From positions 5,856,001 through 5,920,000 of the forward strand of contig OZ252299.1 of the NCBI GenBank assembly GCA_965250285.1: DNA of 64,000 nucleotides, read 5' to 3'. The position numbers were made by a program, and so were the translations under genes. How positions within the stretch are numbered: position 1 is the stretch's first letter; the number at the start of each line of letters is the position of its first letter. This document shows positions 17,339-27,026 of the stretch, piece by piece. The DNA comes from Myxococcota bacterium (GTDB lineage: Bacteria; Myxococcota_A; UBA9160; UBA4427). The notes beneath the pieces are model-generated. The model saw only the letters and a list, made by a program, of their open reading frames with translations, did no database searches and was not told the origin of the DNA.

Positions 17339-19510
17339 CTAGCGGGGTGACCCTGCCGGGCGTGCGCCTTCCAAACCCCGCCGCACCCGGTACAGCCCCC
17401 AGCTCCGCCCGTCGCCCGCGTGGCGTTCGAAGCGCGCGGGCCGCGCGTTCATCCACGTGAGCTCGAGCGCAGCGGGATGGAACGCCATCACCCAGTCGGC
17501 TTCGAGCGCATCGAGGTTGCGCAGCCACACGTCGAGGCGCGCGCGTTCGGTGCGGCCATGCCCGGGCGCCAGCGGCGGCATCGGCTCGCCCTCGGTCAAC
17601 CGGGCGTAGACCAGCCGGTTCTGGTGATTCGATCCGAGGAACGGATACATGAACCAGTTGTCGGCGGCGGGCTCGACACCGCTCGTCACCGCAACGACGA
17701 AGGGCTGCCCGGGGTCATCGGTGAGTGCGGCGGCCGGCAGCCAGTAGCGCGGGACGTCCCCGAGCAGACTCGGGCCCGCGAATCGCTGCTCGGTGCGGGT
17801 GTCGCCGGCGACGTGTGCGACTGCGGCGAGCGCGACGGTGGTGGCGAGGGCGAGGGGCACGAAGTGCGCGGGTGCGAGCGGGCCGAGGCCGCGCGCCCGC
17901 CGACGCGAGGCGGTCGCGAGCGGTGAGACGAACAGCGCGAAGAAGATCACGGCAGCGGGGGTCTGGACGTCGGCGTAGGCCCCCGCCGCCGCGAGCACCG
18001 CGATACAGAGTCCCGCGTGGAGCGCCGCGGCGGCGACGAGCCCGATGCGCAGCGCCGCGGCCGCCTTCGGTGCGCCGCGGAGCGCCGCGAACGCGAACGG
18101 CAGCAGCGGCAGGACGACCACCAGCAGGTGTCGGGGATTCGCGCGCGCCCAGTGCAGGCGCACGGTCTCGAGTGCGGGTGAGAACCAGCTCGCGAGCACG
18201 GCGCCGAGCGCGGCGGTGATCCAGATCGCCCGGGTGCGGGCCGCGCCCCCCCGCGCCATTTCGCGGCCGAGGCCGATGCAGGCCAGCAGCACGAGCGGAA
18301 CCGCCGTCACGGTGAGCTGGGGGTCGAAGCGCAGGGGGTCTCCGAAGCTGTCTGTGAGTGCTGCAAGCTCGGCGGCGAGCCCATGGTCGACGAGCGGCGA
18401 GAACGTCGCTTCGAGATGGTCGAGCTCGGCATTCGGTGGGCCGAGCACGAACGGGCCGAGACGCAGCGGAACCGAGAGCGGGTAGCCGGTGGCATGGGCG
18501 TTGCGCACCAGGCCCGGCAGCGCGACGAGCGCCGCGCCCGTCGCCGCGAACGCGACGGTCGGAGCGAGACGTGGGCCCGTCCCAGGCTCGAGGCGCCGGG
18601 CGATGTCGACGGCGAACAGCGCCAGCACGGCCACGCCGGGCCAGACGATCAGCTTCATCGACATCAGTGTTCCGATCGCGACGACCCCGACGGCCCATGC
18701 GCCGGTATGCCCAGTGCGCAGAGCGTGCGACAGCAGCGCGAGCGCGAGCGCCATCATGGCGGTCACGGCGAGCTCGGCGTAGCCGCTGCCGACCGCGAGC
18801 AGCGTCGCGGGCACGAAGCAGGCGTAGAGGGTGACCGCCAGACGATCGCGAACGCGCAGGCCGAGCTCACGGCTGAGGCCGAGCAGCCCGAGCGCGATGC
18901 CGAGCCACCCAAACACGTCGGCGGTGCCGAAGAGCGCGTCGCCCCGGCCTGCAAGCAGCGTCCACGACGTCAACACGTCGGCTCCGCCGAGTCGACCGAC
19001 GTGGGTCGACCAGCCGCCCGGCGCTTCGAGCGGCAGAGCCCCGCCCGCCTGCAGCCACATGGCCGCCTTCACCGCGTGATACGTGAGCGTGTCCCAGGCC
19101 AGCGGCGGCGCGACGATCGCGTGCGCGATCGTGAGGCTGGCGGCGAGTCCGAAGCCGACCGCAACGGCGCCCGATACACCCCGAAGCGCCGGCCGGAGCA
19201 GGCGTGCGAGCGCATGGCGATCTTGCTCGAGCAGTGCGGCGATGCGCGGCGGACCGTTGCGTGACGGGGCAAGTCGCAGCGCGGCCGCCAGGGCCGCGAG
19301 CGCCATCGTGGCGGAGGTGGCGGAATAGAGGCCGGCGGTCGACAGCCCATTGAAGATCGCGATCGCCGCGGCCGGCGCGAGGACGCACGCCGCCGTCCAG
19401 CGCAGGAGCGAGCCGCGTTCGAGCTCGGCTCGCACGGCGCCGGCATGGCCGACGTACACGAAGAGCGCAGCTACGAGGGTTGCGTGAAGGGCGCCGAGCA
19501 GCAGGGTCAC
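17339..19510 (-). CDS. Polytopic membrane protein, possibly a GT-C-type glycosyltransferase
   Basis: More than 12 hydrophobic segments, WDTLTYH after the early TMs, soluble C-terminal domain. Confidence 0.6.
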   Translation of the reverse strand: MTLLLGALHATLVAALFVYVGHAGAVRAELERGSLLRWTAACVLAPAAAIAIFNGLSTAGLYSATSATMALAALAAALRLAPSRNGPPRIAALLEQDRHALARLLRPALRGVSGAVAVGFGLAASLTIAHAIVAPPLAWDTLTYHAVKAAMWLQAGGALPLEAPGGWSTHVGRLGGADVLTSWTLLAGRGDALFGTADVFGWLGIALGLLGLSRELGLRVRDRLAVTLYACFVPATLLAVGSGYAELAVTAMMALALALLSHALRTGHTGAWAVGVVAIGTLMSMKLIVWPGVAVLALFAVDIARRLEPGTGPRLAPTVAFAATGAALVALPGLVRNAHATGYPLSVPLRLGPFVLGPPNAELDHLEATFSPLVDHGLAAELAALTDSFGDPLRFDPQLTVTAVPLVLLACIGLGREMARGGAARTRAIWITAALGAVLASWFSPALETVRLHWARANPRHLLVVVLPLLPFAFAALRGAPKAAAALRIGLVAAAALHAGLCIAVLAAAGAYADVQTPAAVIFFALFVSPLATASRRRARGLGPLAPAHFVPLALATTVALAAVAHVAGDTRTEQRFAGPSLLGDVPRYWLPAAALTDDPGQPFVVAVTSGVEPAADNWFMYPFLGSNHQNRLVYARLTEGEPMPPLAPGHGRTERARLDVWLRNLDALEADWVMAFHPAALELTWMNARPARFERHAGDGRSWGLYRVRRGLEGARPAGSPR

Positions 19511-19665
19511 GACGTGACTCGGAGCGCCGGGCCGGGCCCGGGAATGCTCATGACCCGATCCGGCCCGATCCGGTGCTGGCGAACATGCTCAGGGCTTCCG
19601 GGGTTCGGCCCGGTGCAGGCGCGCTCATCGTGTCACCCGACGAGATGCGGCGCCCGCACGCGCGT

Positions 19666-20349
19666 TCACTCGGCTTCGGGGGCCGGTGGCGGGTTGAGCA
19701 GACCATCGGGACTGGCGGCTTCCGCCATCTGGTCGGCGATCTGCTGCAGCGTCCGCTTCATGGCGGTCCGCCAGAGCACGCCGTCCTCGGCCTGGCCGAG
19801 CAGTGAGCCGTGCGCGCGCAGCACGACCGACGACTCGAAGCCGGGCACGTCGCCCTGCACCCGGATCACGGCCTCGTAGATGAGGCGCGCCGAGCTGCTC
19901 TGCAGGGCGTCGCGAATCCAGAACTGCTCGATGATCGCGTCGAGCTTCGGCGCCTTCGGATCATCGACGACGACGTAGGGCGGCGTCGCCCGTGAGAGAC
20001 CCGCCGCCATCGACTTGCGTACCAGGTCGGGCACGCCGCCGGGATCGGCGGTGAACCGATCGGCGCCGAGGATCGAGTTGTTCTCGAGCCGCCGACCGAA
20101 GACGCGTTGCGTGTAGGCGGCGTCGTTCGGATCACCGCGGGTCGACGGCTTCGGTGCAGCGAAGCTCTGCGTCGTGAACACCCGGGTGTCGGTGACGGTG
20201 CCGATCTGCACCGGGCGCGTCTGCGCATCGGGTGTGAGCTCGGCGACGGCCGGCGGTTCGATGACCAGGCCGCTGCTCGCGCACGCGCCAAGGAAGAGGC
20301 TCATGGCCGCCAGGAGCAGCCCCGTTCGTCGCTTCTCGAGAGGTCGCAT
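19666..20349 (-). CDS. Lipoprotein (possibly YajG-like)
   Basis: Lipobox FLGAC after a hydrophobic stretch; VTDTR motif. Confidence 0.65.
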   Translation of the reverse strand: MRPLEKRRTGLLLAAMSLFLGACASSGLVIEPPAVAELTPDAQTRPVQIGTVTDTRVFTTQSFAAPKPSTRGDPNDAAYTQRVFGRRLENNSILGADRFTADPGGVPDLVRKSMAAGLSRATPPYVVVDDPKAPKLDAIIEQFWIRDALQSSSARLIYEAVIRVQGDVPGFESSVVLRAHGSLLGQAEDGVLWRTAMKRTLQQIADQMAEAASPDGLLNPPPAPEAE

Positions 20350-20390
20350 CAGCGTCGAGGGTAGCGACAACCGCGTCGTCGTCGCGCCAC

Positions 20391-21002
20391 CTACGGCCCG
20401 GTCCTCCGGGGAGCCGCTGCGCCGCTCTTGGCCGAGACGTCTCCGCGCGTGCGCATCGCGCGCAGGCCCCCGGGCTTGTACACCGCCCAGGTGTCGCCCG
20501 GCGTGAGCGGCTCACGCCCGCGCACGTGGGCGTAGTCGTCCGCCCATGTGTCGGGCAGGGTGCCGAACACCCGATCGAGCAGTCGGGTGGTGACGCCGTG
20601 GTAGTGGCGCGCATCGCGGTAGTGGTGCGCCAGATGGTGCTCGAAGAGCACCGCCTCGCGCGCGCTGCGGGGGCGGTCGAAGTGAATGCGCCAGTGCAGC
20701 CGCTCGTAGCGCGCGAACCCGGCGAGCAGGCCCAGTACGGCCGGCGTCGCCCACGCCGCCCCGAAGAGACCCCACAGCACGCACCAGACCGCCATCGCGG
20801 TCGGCACCCACGCGTGGGGTGCCGTCAGCACGCCGTGGGGGTTCTTGTGGTGGCCCATGTGAAGCGGGGTCACGAAGGTGCGAAACCGGTGCGAGAGCGT
20901 GGCATGGATCAGGTACTCCACGCCGGGCCAGGCGGCGAAGCCGAGCGCGAACGCGAGCGCCGTCGTGCCGATGCCGGCGAGCCAGTCGGGTGTCGGGGTC
21001 AT
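20391..21002 (-). CDS. Fatty acid hydroxylase/sterol desaturase family protein
   Basis: His boxes EYLIH..SH, HMGHH, YERLHWRIH, HHLAHH; 4-nt overlap with the upstream regulator. Confidence 0.85.
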   Translation of the reverse strand: MTPTPDWLAGIGTTALAFALGFAAWPGVEYLIHATLSHRFRTFVTPLHMGHHKNPHGVLTAPHAWVPTAMAVWCVLWGLFGAAWATPAVLGLLAGFARYERLHWRIHFDRPRSAREAVLFEHHLAHHYRDARHYHGVTTRLLDRVFGTLPDTWADDYAHVRGREPLTPGDTWAVYKPGGLRAMRTRGDVSAKSGAAAPRRTGP

Positions 21003-21778
21003 GCGGGGGGATCCGTTCGGGGCGCGGGAGAATCGTCGATCGTCTGCGGTTCGAGCAGGGCGCGTGCGAAGGCGCGCTCGCCGCACGCCGTCAGCTGTCT
21101 CGCTGCTTCGCCGGCGCGCTCGGTGTCGCCGCTCGCGATCGCCTCGACGAGATCGGCCTGCAGATCGATGCGGCCGCGTTCTTCGGCGAGCAGCGACTCG
21201 ACCCAGGCACCGCCCATCTCGGCGACGCGCAGCAGCGCGTTGTAGGCGAGGCGGTACGCGATGTTCGATGATGCATCGACCAGGGTGTCCCAGAGCGCGG
21301 CCACCGATGCGCTCTGCTCCGCGTCGCTGCGCCCCGGTCGACTCTGCGCTTCGAGGTGCGCGCGCAGCTGTGACACCTGCGCATCGCTGCGGCGGCGCGC
21401 GGCCTGTCGCGCGAGGTCGGGCGCGAGGGCGCTGCGCATCTCGAGCACGTTCATCAGCACGCCGGTGTCGGGGCGGCCGTCGGCGTCGACCAGCAGGGAA
21501 GGAAGCGCTTCGAGCCCGGCGCTGCGCCGCCACTCGCGGACGCGCGTGCCGCCGCCCTGTCGCACCTCGACGAGGCCCGCTTGCTGAAGGCGCTGGATGC
21601 CTTCGCGCAGCGCGCCCCGACGTACGCCGAGCTGCTCGGCCAGCTCACGCTCGGGCGGCAGGGCGCTGCCCGGCGCCAGCTCGTCGCGCAGGATCGGCAG
21701 CGCGAGCGCATCGACGACCCCCTCGACCAGGGAGCGCCGGGCGACTCGGGGCAGGGGGGCGCGGTGCGACGGCGGCAT
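20999..21778 (-). CDS. GntR/FadR-family transcriptional regulator
   Basis: LPPERELAEQLGVRRGALREGIQRL..GLVEVRQGGGT wHTH plus FCD-like domain. Confidence 0.92.
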   Translation of the reverse strand: MPPSHRAPLPRVARRSLVEGVVDALALPILRDELAPGSALPPERELAEQLGVRRGALREGIQRLQQAGLVEVRQGGGTRVREWRRSAGLEALPSLLVDADGRPDTGVLMNVLEMRSALAPDLARQAARRRSDAQVSQLRAHLEAQSRPGRSDAEQSASVAALWDTLVDASSNIAYRLAYNALLRVAEMGGAWVESLLAEERGRIDLQADLVEAIASGDTERAGEAARQLTACGERAFARALLEPQTIDDSPAPRTDPPA

Positions 21779-21807
21779 GCGCTCAACCTAAGCGACCGCT
21801 CCCCAAA

Positions 21808-21826
21808 GGTCCAGTCATCGGACCAA
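21808..21826. promoter_or_regulatory. Inverted repeat GGTCC-N7-GGACC, candidate FadR-type operator
   Basis: Palindrome about 30 nt upstream of the GntR start; TGGTCCGA on the minus strand resembles FadR-subfamily sites. Confidence 0.5.
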
Positions 21827-21875
21827 TTTTTCGCTAGAGCGAGCTCAGGGCGTTCTTACGGGCGAGGACAGGGGC

Positions 21876-23207
21876 TCAGGATGTGCGCTGGCGTCGCTGG
21901 TCGGCGATCAGGCGCTCGTACGCATTCGCCAGCGTGTGACTGAGCGCGTTCAGCGCGCCGACGCTCGTCTCGCCGAAGACCTCGCCGCCATTGTCGGCGT
22001 AGAGCAGGTTGACCACGCGGCCGCGAATGACGACCGGGTGGACGAGGATCTCCTGCACCGTGTCGCGGCCCAGACCGTCGAGCACGCGACCGTCCACGCC
22101 CCCCTGCGGCGGCTGCCCACGAAAGGCGTGACCCGATTGGGCCGGGGCCGTGAAGAGGCTGGGGGTCTGCAGCGGAATCGAGAGCGCGTCGCCATCGACC
22201 TTCGGCCGGCCGCTCGCGCGAAACAGCGACACGGTGTCGCCGCGCACGACGAAGAGTGCGGCGCTCGCACAGAAGTGGCTCGCGATCTCGAGCGCCAGCC
22301 CGATGACCTCATCACGGTTCCGGCTCTGATACAGCTCGTTCTCGAGCCGCGCGAGGCGGTACGACGTCGGCTCGGTCGGGGCGGCCGATGCGGGTGTTGC
22401 GCCGTCGTGGTGCGCGGCCTGCTCGGGTGTCGCCCCCTCACTCTGCTCTGCGCCGGGCGTCGCTTCGTCGAGCTCCCAGGCCTCGGGGCTCTCGGCGACC
22501 AGCTCATCGAGCAGCAGGATCTCGTCGTCGGGCTCGGCTCGTGTCTGCGTCGCGTCGTCTTCGATGGGCGTGCCGAGGCTGAGCGGCTGATAGGTTGCCA
22601 CGCCGTCGCCGTCTTCGGGGAGCAGCGCACCCTCGTCGACCGGCTCGCAGGTCTCGGTCTCGGCGGCCAGCTGATCGATGCGCTCGCGAGAGTCGAGCAT
22701 CGGTGTGCCCGACTCGACCTCTTCTTTCGTGAGCCCGATCTGACGGGGCCGCGTCACCATGCCGAGGAAGCGCGGCGGCCGGTCGATGCCGCAGTGCACC
22801 TCGAGCCAGTAGAGCAGCTTGCGTTCGGGCAGCACGTACGGCACCACACGCCGCGACGAGGCCATGGCGAGAAAGTCGAGTTTCTCGGGGTCGGTCGGAT
22901 CGAGCATGACGACGTGCAGCTCGCCGTTCTCGACGCGCATGGGCAGGGCCTGACAGCGCCGGATCATCGGCGGCGGCACCTGCTTGAGCGCCTGAGGATC
23001 GGGGGCTTCGAGCCACTCGGGCGGCGGCAGCGGCGCGCCGCTCGCGTCGCTCAGATACTCGGCGAGCTCTTCGACCGCGAGGAAGCCGAGATCGACCACG
23101 ACGGTGCCCATGCGCCCGCCATAGACCTGCTGGAAGCGCAGCGCTTCTTCGAGCTGCTCGGCGCTGATCGCACCCTTCTCGACGAGAACCTGACCGAATC
23201 CGCCCAT
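21876..23207 (-). CDS. MshEN/T2SSE_N-domain protein with acidic linker and C-terminal GAF-like domain
   Basis: FGQVLVEKGAISAEQLEEALRFQ...RMGTVVVDLG (MshEN-like), LHVVMLDP (T2SSE_N), PVVIRGRVVNLLYADN (GAF-like); no Walker A. Confidence 0.75.
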   Translation of the reverse strand: MGGFGQVLVEKGAISAEQLEEALRFQQVYGGRMGTVVVDLGFLAVEELAEYLSDASGAPLPPPEWLEAPDPQALKQVPPPMIRRCQALPMRVENGELHVVMLDPTDPEKLDFLAMASSRRVVPYVLPERKLLYWLEVHCGIDRPPRFLGMVTRPRQIGLTKEEVESGTPMLDSRERIDQLAAETETCEPVDEGALLPEDGDGVATYQPLSLGTPIEDDATQTRAEPDDEILLLDELVAESPEAWELDEATPGAEQSEGATPEQAAHHDGATPASAAPTEPTSYRLARLENELYQSRNRDEVIGLALEIASHFCASAALFVVRGDTVSLFRASGRPKVDGDALSIPLQTPSLFTAPAQSGHAFRGQPPQGGVDGRVLDGLGRDTVQEILVHPVVIRGRVVNLLYADNGGEVFGETSVGALNALSHTLANAYERLIADQRRQRTS

Positions 23208-23392
23208 GCCGTCGGATCTCCTCCACTCGAGGGTTTCGGCCGCCCGGGCAGGTCACTTGAAGGCCGTAAGGCGGCTGCCGGCTGGCCCCAGATCGTGCTT
23301 GCAATGGCCATCTGATCGGCCCATCGTCCCGAGACCGATGGCAACGGCGCCTCGCAGCCGGCGAGGGCGCCTCACTCGATCCGGAGGCCTCC

Positions 23393-24028
23393 ATGCCCGC
23401 GCGCCCGTCCTCGACCTCGAGCCTCTTGATGGTGTGCCTGGCTGCCGCGGTGCTCTCGCTCGGCTGCGGCAAGAGCACGCCCGACGAGACGAAGGCGACG
23501 GATGCGATGGGCGAGGCCTCCGAGCACGCCCACGCGCATCACGAAGGGCAGAACGAAGAGGACATTCTCAGCCGCAACGAAGTGCCCATGAAGCCGTGGG
23601 ACCAGGAGCGGATGACCGAGCTCTCGCAGCAGCTCGCCGACGCCATGCTCGCGTTGCGCAACTCGTTTCGAAACAATCCGGTGCTGCGGACGCCCGACAG
23701 TCGCAAGCGCGTGGCGGCGGCCGAGATGATGGACACGCTGCGCAACCTCGACCGCCACTGCCGCGCGCTCGCCACCCAGGTGAGGCGCGGCGGCACCGAA
23801 GAGACGACGCGCGGTACGGTGCGTCGCATCGGCACCCTGCTGCGGGACGCGAACCAGATCGGCCGTCGGATCATGACCAACGCCTGGACCGACGAGCGGA
23901 TCCTGCCGGCCATGGAGCTGGTGAACGAAATCGCGCCGTTCTACGGCAGCGGACCGATCTACGACACCGAGAACATGACCATGATCGAGGGCGGCCCGAA
24001 CCCGAATCGGCGCCAGGAGGGCCAGTAG
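23393..24028 (+). CDS. Hypothetical lipoprotein
   Basis: SD GGAGG, lipobox LSLGC, helical body. Confidence 0.7.
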   Translation: MPARPSSTSSLLMVCLAAAVLSLGCGKSTPDETKATDAMGEASEHAHAHHEGQNEEDILSRNEVPMKPWDQERMTELSQQLADAMLALRNSFRNNPVLRTPDSRKRVAAAEMMDTLRNLDRHCRALATQVRRGGTEETTRGTVRRIGTLLRDANQIGRRIMTNAWTDERILPAMELVNEIAPFYGSGPIYDTENMTMIEGGPNPNRRQEGQ

Positions 24029-24037
24029 GCCCGCCCC

Positions 24038-25195
24038 ATGGGTCGCCCCGGCTGGCTCGCAGGCGCCCTCCCTCTGCTGCTGCTTCTGCTGCTCGTGCTC
24101 GTGACGCCGGGCGCGCGCGCCGCCGAAGGCGAAGCCGCCCCCGCCCCTCCGCCGGCGATCGCAGCCGAGGATCAAGCACCGGGCGAAGCGACAGCGCCCG
24201 CCGGCGAAGGCGCCGCCGGCGAGGTCCCCTGGTCGCTCGACGCCGAGGCGCCGCCGGCCGATCCGGCGCGCAGCTACACGATGGACAACAACGTGTTGCC
24301 GAGTCTCGGCGACCGTCAGGTCGGCGAGGCGGCGACGCGCGATGGCGAGCGCATCGAGTGGGGTCGCTGGCTGCCCTTCTTCGCGCAGGAGGTCATCGAC
24401 CAGGGCTTCGAGCTGCCCAACCCGTACGGTGCGGGGGGCGTCTTCTACATGCAGAACCAGGACGCCGTCGTCTCGGATCTCAAGGTCTCGTTCAACGGCG
24501 GCGACGAGATCCCGATCGACTTTCTCTCGTTCGGGACCGCGCGGGTCGAGAACACCGTCGGTCAGATGAAGCTCGACGCGTGGGTGCTGCCGTTCATGAA
24601 CGTCTACGTCACCGGCGGCTACGTGAGCGGCGATGTCGAGGTGCCGATCCAGCTCGATGGCACGGCGCTCATCGACGCGATCCTGCCGCCGATTCTCGGT
24701 TGCAACGGCCCGGCACCGCCCGAGCTGTGTGGTCAGACCTTCAACGTCACGATTCAGCCCGAGTATCAGGGCGGCAACGTCACCCTGGGTACCGTCGTCG
24801 CCGTCGGCTGGCGTCAGTTCTTCGCGCTCGCGAATTTCGCCTACACGTGGAGCTGGATCGACATCGTCGATACCCGCGTCGAGGCGATCTACTTCAGCCC
24901 CCGCGGCGGTATCACCGGCGACATGGGCAATCTCGGCAGCGTGCAGGCCTACATGGGGGCCGGCTTCCTGGTGACCGACGTGCGTCTCAGCGGCACGATT
25001 CCCGTGAACATCGGCCAGCCTGGCTCGCCCCAGCTCGAGACGATCGGGTTCAGCCTCCGCCAGAAGAACAAGGATCGCTGGAACTTCATCGCCGGCGCGA
25101 ACTGGGACGTCAAGCGCTGGCTGAGCCTGCAGGCCGAGCTCGGGTTCGGCGGCTCGCGCTCGAACGTGATCGCCACCGCGACCTACCGCTTCTAG
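24038..25195 (+). CDS. Outer-membrane beta-barrel protein
   Basis: Signal peptide, alternating beta-strand pattern, terminal ATYRF, ELPNPYG motif. Confidence 0.7.
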   Translation: MGRPGWLAGALPLLLLLLLVLVTPGARAAEGEAAPAPPPAIAAEDQAPGEATAPAGEGAAGEVPWSLDAEAPPADPARSYTMDNNVLPSLGDRQVGEAATRDGERIEWGRWLPFFAQEVIDQGFELPNPYGAGGVFYMQNQDAVVSDLKVSFNGGDEIPIDFLSFGTARVENTVGQMKLDAWVLPFMNVYVTGGYVSGDVEVPIQLDGTALIDAILPPILGCNGPAPPELCGQTFNVTIQPEYQGGNVTLGTVVAVGWRQFFALANFAYTWSWIDIVDTRVEAIYFSPRGGITGDMGNLGSVQAYMGAGFLVTDVRLSGTIPVNIGQPGSPQLETIGFSLRQKNKDRWNFIAGANWDVKRWLSLQAELGFGGSRSNVIATATYRF

Positions 25196-25268
25196 GTGCC
25201 CGGCGGGGCGGCCGTCCGCTCGCCTCCGCGCTTCGGGTAGACTGTCGGGCCACGCCCGGAGGTTCCCC

Positions 25269-26993
25269 ATGCACGATCTCGTCATCCGCAACGGACTCGT
25301 CTACGACGGCACCGGCGCCGCGCCGCGTGAAGCCGACGTCGCCATCGACGGCGACCGCATCCGCATCGTCGGTGAAGTGACCGAGCCCGGTCGCGAAGAG
25401 ATCGACGCCGCCGGCCGCATCGTTACGCCGGGCTTCGTCGATGCTCACACCCACTACGACGGTCAGATCACCTGGGATCCGTACGTCACTCCCTCGACGT
25501 GGCATGGCGTCACGACGATCGTGACCGGCAACTGCGGCGTCGGCTTTGCGCCGTGCCGGCCCGAACAACGCGACTGGCTGATCGGTCTGATGGAGGGTGT
25601 CGAGGACATCCCGGGTACGGCGCTGCACGAGGGCATCCGCTGGCGCTGGGAGAGCTTCCCCGAGTATCTCGATGCGCTCGAAGCCACGCCGCTCGCGATC
25701 GACGTCGGCGCTCAGGTGCCGCACGGCGCGGTGCGCGCCTACGTGATGGGCGAGCGCGGCGCGAACCACGAGATCGCGACGCCCGAAGAGATCGAGTGGA
25801 TGGGCCGCGTTGCGCGCGAGGCCATCGAAGCCGGCGCGCTCGGCTTCTCGACGTCGCGCACCGAGAAGCATCGCGACTCGAACGGCGTACTCGCACCGAC
25901 CGTCGACGCCCGCACCGAAGAGCTCGTGGGCATCGCGAAGATCGTGGGGGAGGGCGGCCGCGGCGTGCTCCAGGGCATCAGCGACTTCTACGACTTCGAG
26001 GACGAGTTTGCGACCTTCCGCAAGATGGTCGAGGCGAGCGGGTTGCCCGTTTCGATCACGGTCGAGCAGCAGGACGCGCGGCCCGACTGGTGGCGCCAGC
26101 TGCTCGATGGCATCACGAAGGCCCAGGCCGATGGTCTGCCGATGCGGGGCCAGGTGCCGCCGCGCGCGACCGGCGTGCTGCTCGGCCTCTCGGCGACACT
26201 CAATCCCTTCTCGTTCCACCCGTCGTTCGGTCCGACGAACCTGCTCGACCCCGAAGCTCAGGTCGAGGCGCTGCGCGACCCCGCGATGCGCGAGAAGATC
26301 CTGGCCGAAGGGCCGAGCGAGAAGCTGCGCGGCACCCTCGTGTACGAGATCGTGACGAGCTTCCACAAGATGTTCCGCCTCGGCGAGCCGGCGAACTACG
26401 AGCCCGCCCCCGAAGACTCGGTCGCCGGCATCGCCGAGCGTGAGGGACGACGGCCTGAAGAGGTCGCCTACGACATGCTGCTCGAGAAGGACGGGCAGGC
26501 GCTCATCTATCACCCGCTCTTCAACTATCTGCCGGGCAATCTCGACTATGTGAAGGAGATGCTCGAGCATCCCCACACCGTGTTCGGTCTCTCGGATGGG
26601 GGTGCCCACTGCGGCGCGCTCTGTGATGCGAGCTTCCCGACGACGCTGATCCAACACTGGGGGCGCGACCGCACCCGCGGCGAGAAGATCGCGCTCGAGC
26701 GACTGGTCTCGATGCAGACCAAGGAGACGGCCGAGCTCGTGGGCCTACACGATCGCGGCGTGCTCGCGCCCGGCTACAAGGCCGACGTGAACGTGATCGA
26801 CTTCGATCGGCTGGCCCTGCACGAGCCCGAAATCGTGCACGACCTGCCGGCCGGCGGGCGCCGCCTCGTGCAGCGCGCCGACGGCTACGAGGTGACGATC
26901 GTATCGGGGCGGGTCGCGTTCCGTGAGGGCAAGCCGACCGGCGAGCTGAACGGTCGGCTGATTCGAGGCGCACAGCCGGCGCCCGCCGCGTGA
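25269..26993 (+). CDS. N-acyl-D-amino-acid deacylase family amidohydrolase
   Basis: [46 protein letters not shown]. Confidence 0.9.
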   Translation: MHDLVIRNGLVYDGTGAAPREADVAIDGDRIRIVGEVTEPGREEIDAAGRIVTPGFVDAHTHYDGQITWDPYVTPSTWHGVTTIVTGNCGVGFAPCRPEQRDWLIGLMEGVEDIPGTALHEGIRWRWESFPEYLDALEATPLAIDVGAQVPHGAVRAYVMGERGANHEIATPEEIEWMGRVAREAIEAGALGFSTSRTEKHRDSNGVLAPTVDARTEELVGIAKIVGEGGRGVLQGISDFYDFEDEFATFRKMVEASGLPVSITVEQQDARPDWWRQLLDGITKAQADGLPMRGQVPPRATGVLLGLSATLNPFSFHPSFGPTNLLDPEAQVEALRDPAMREKILAEGPSEKLRGTLVYEIVTSFHKMFRLGEPANYEPAPEDSVAGIAEREGRRPEEVAYDMLLEKDGQALIYHPLFNYLPGNLDYVKEMLEHPHTVFGLSDGGAHCGALCDASFPTTLIQHWGRDRTRGEKIALERLVSMQTKETAELVGLHDRGVLAPGYKADVNVIDFDRLALHEPEIVHDLPAGGRRLVQRADGYEVTIVSGRVAFREGKPTGELNGRLIRGAQPAPAA

Positions 26994-27026
26994 GCCCTGG
27001 CGCCCGCGAGGGCGCGGCCCAGCGCG

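Noticed and set aside
19554..19573. Tandem CCCGATCCGG x2
   Set aside because: Only two short copies; not a CRISPR or a recognisable repeat family.
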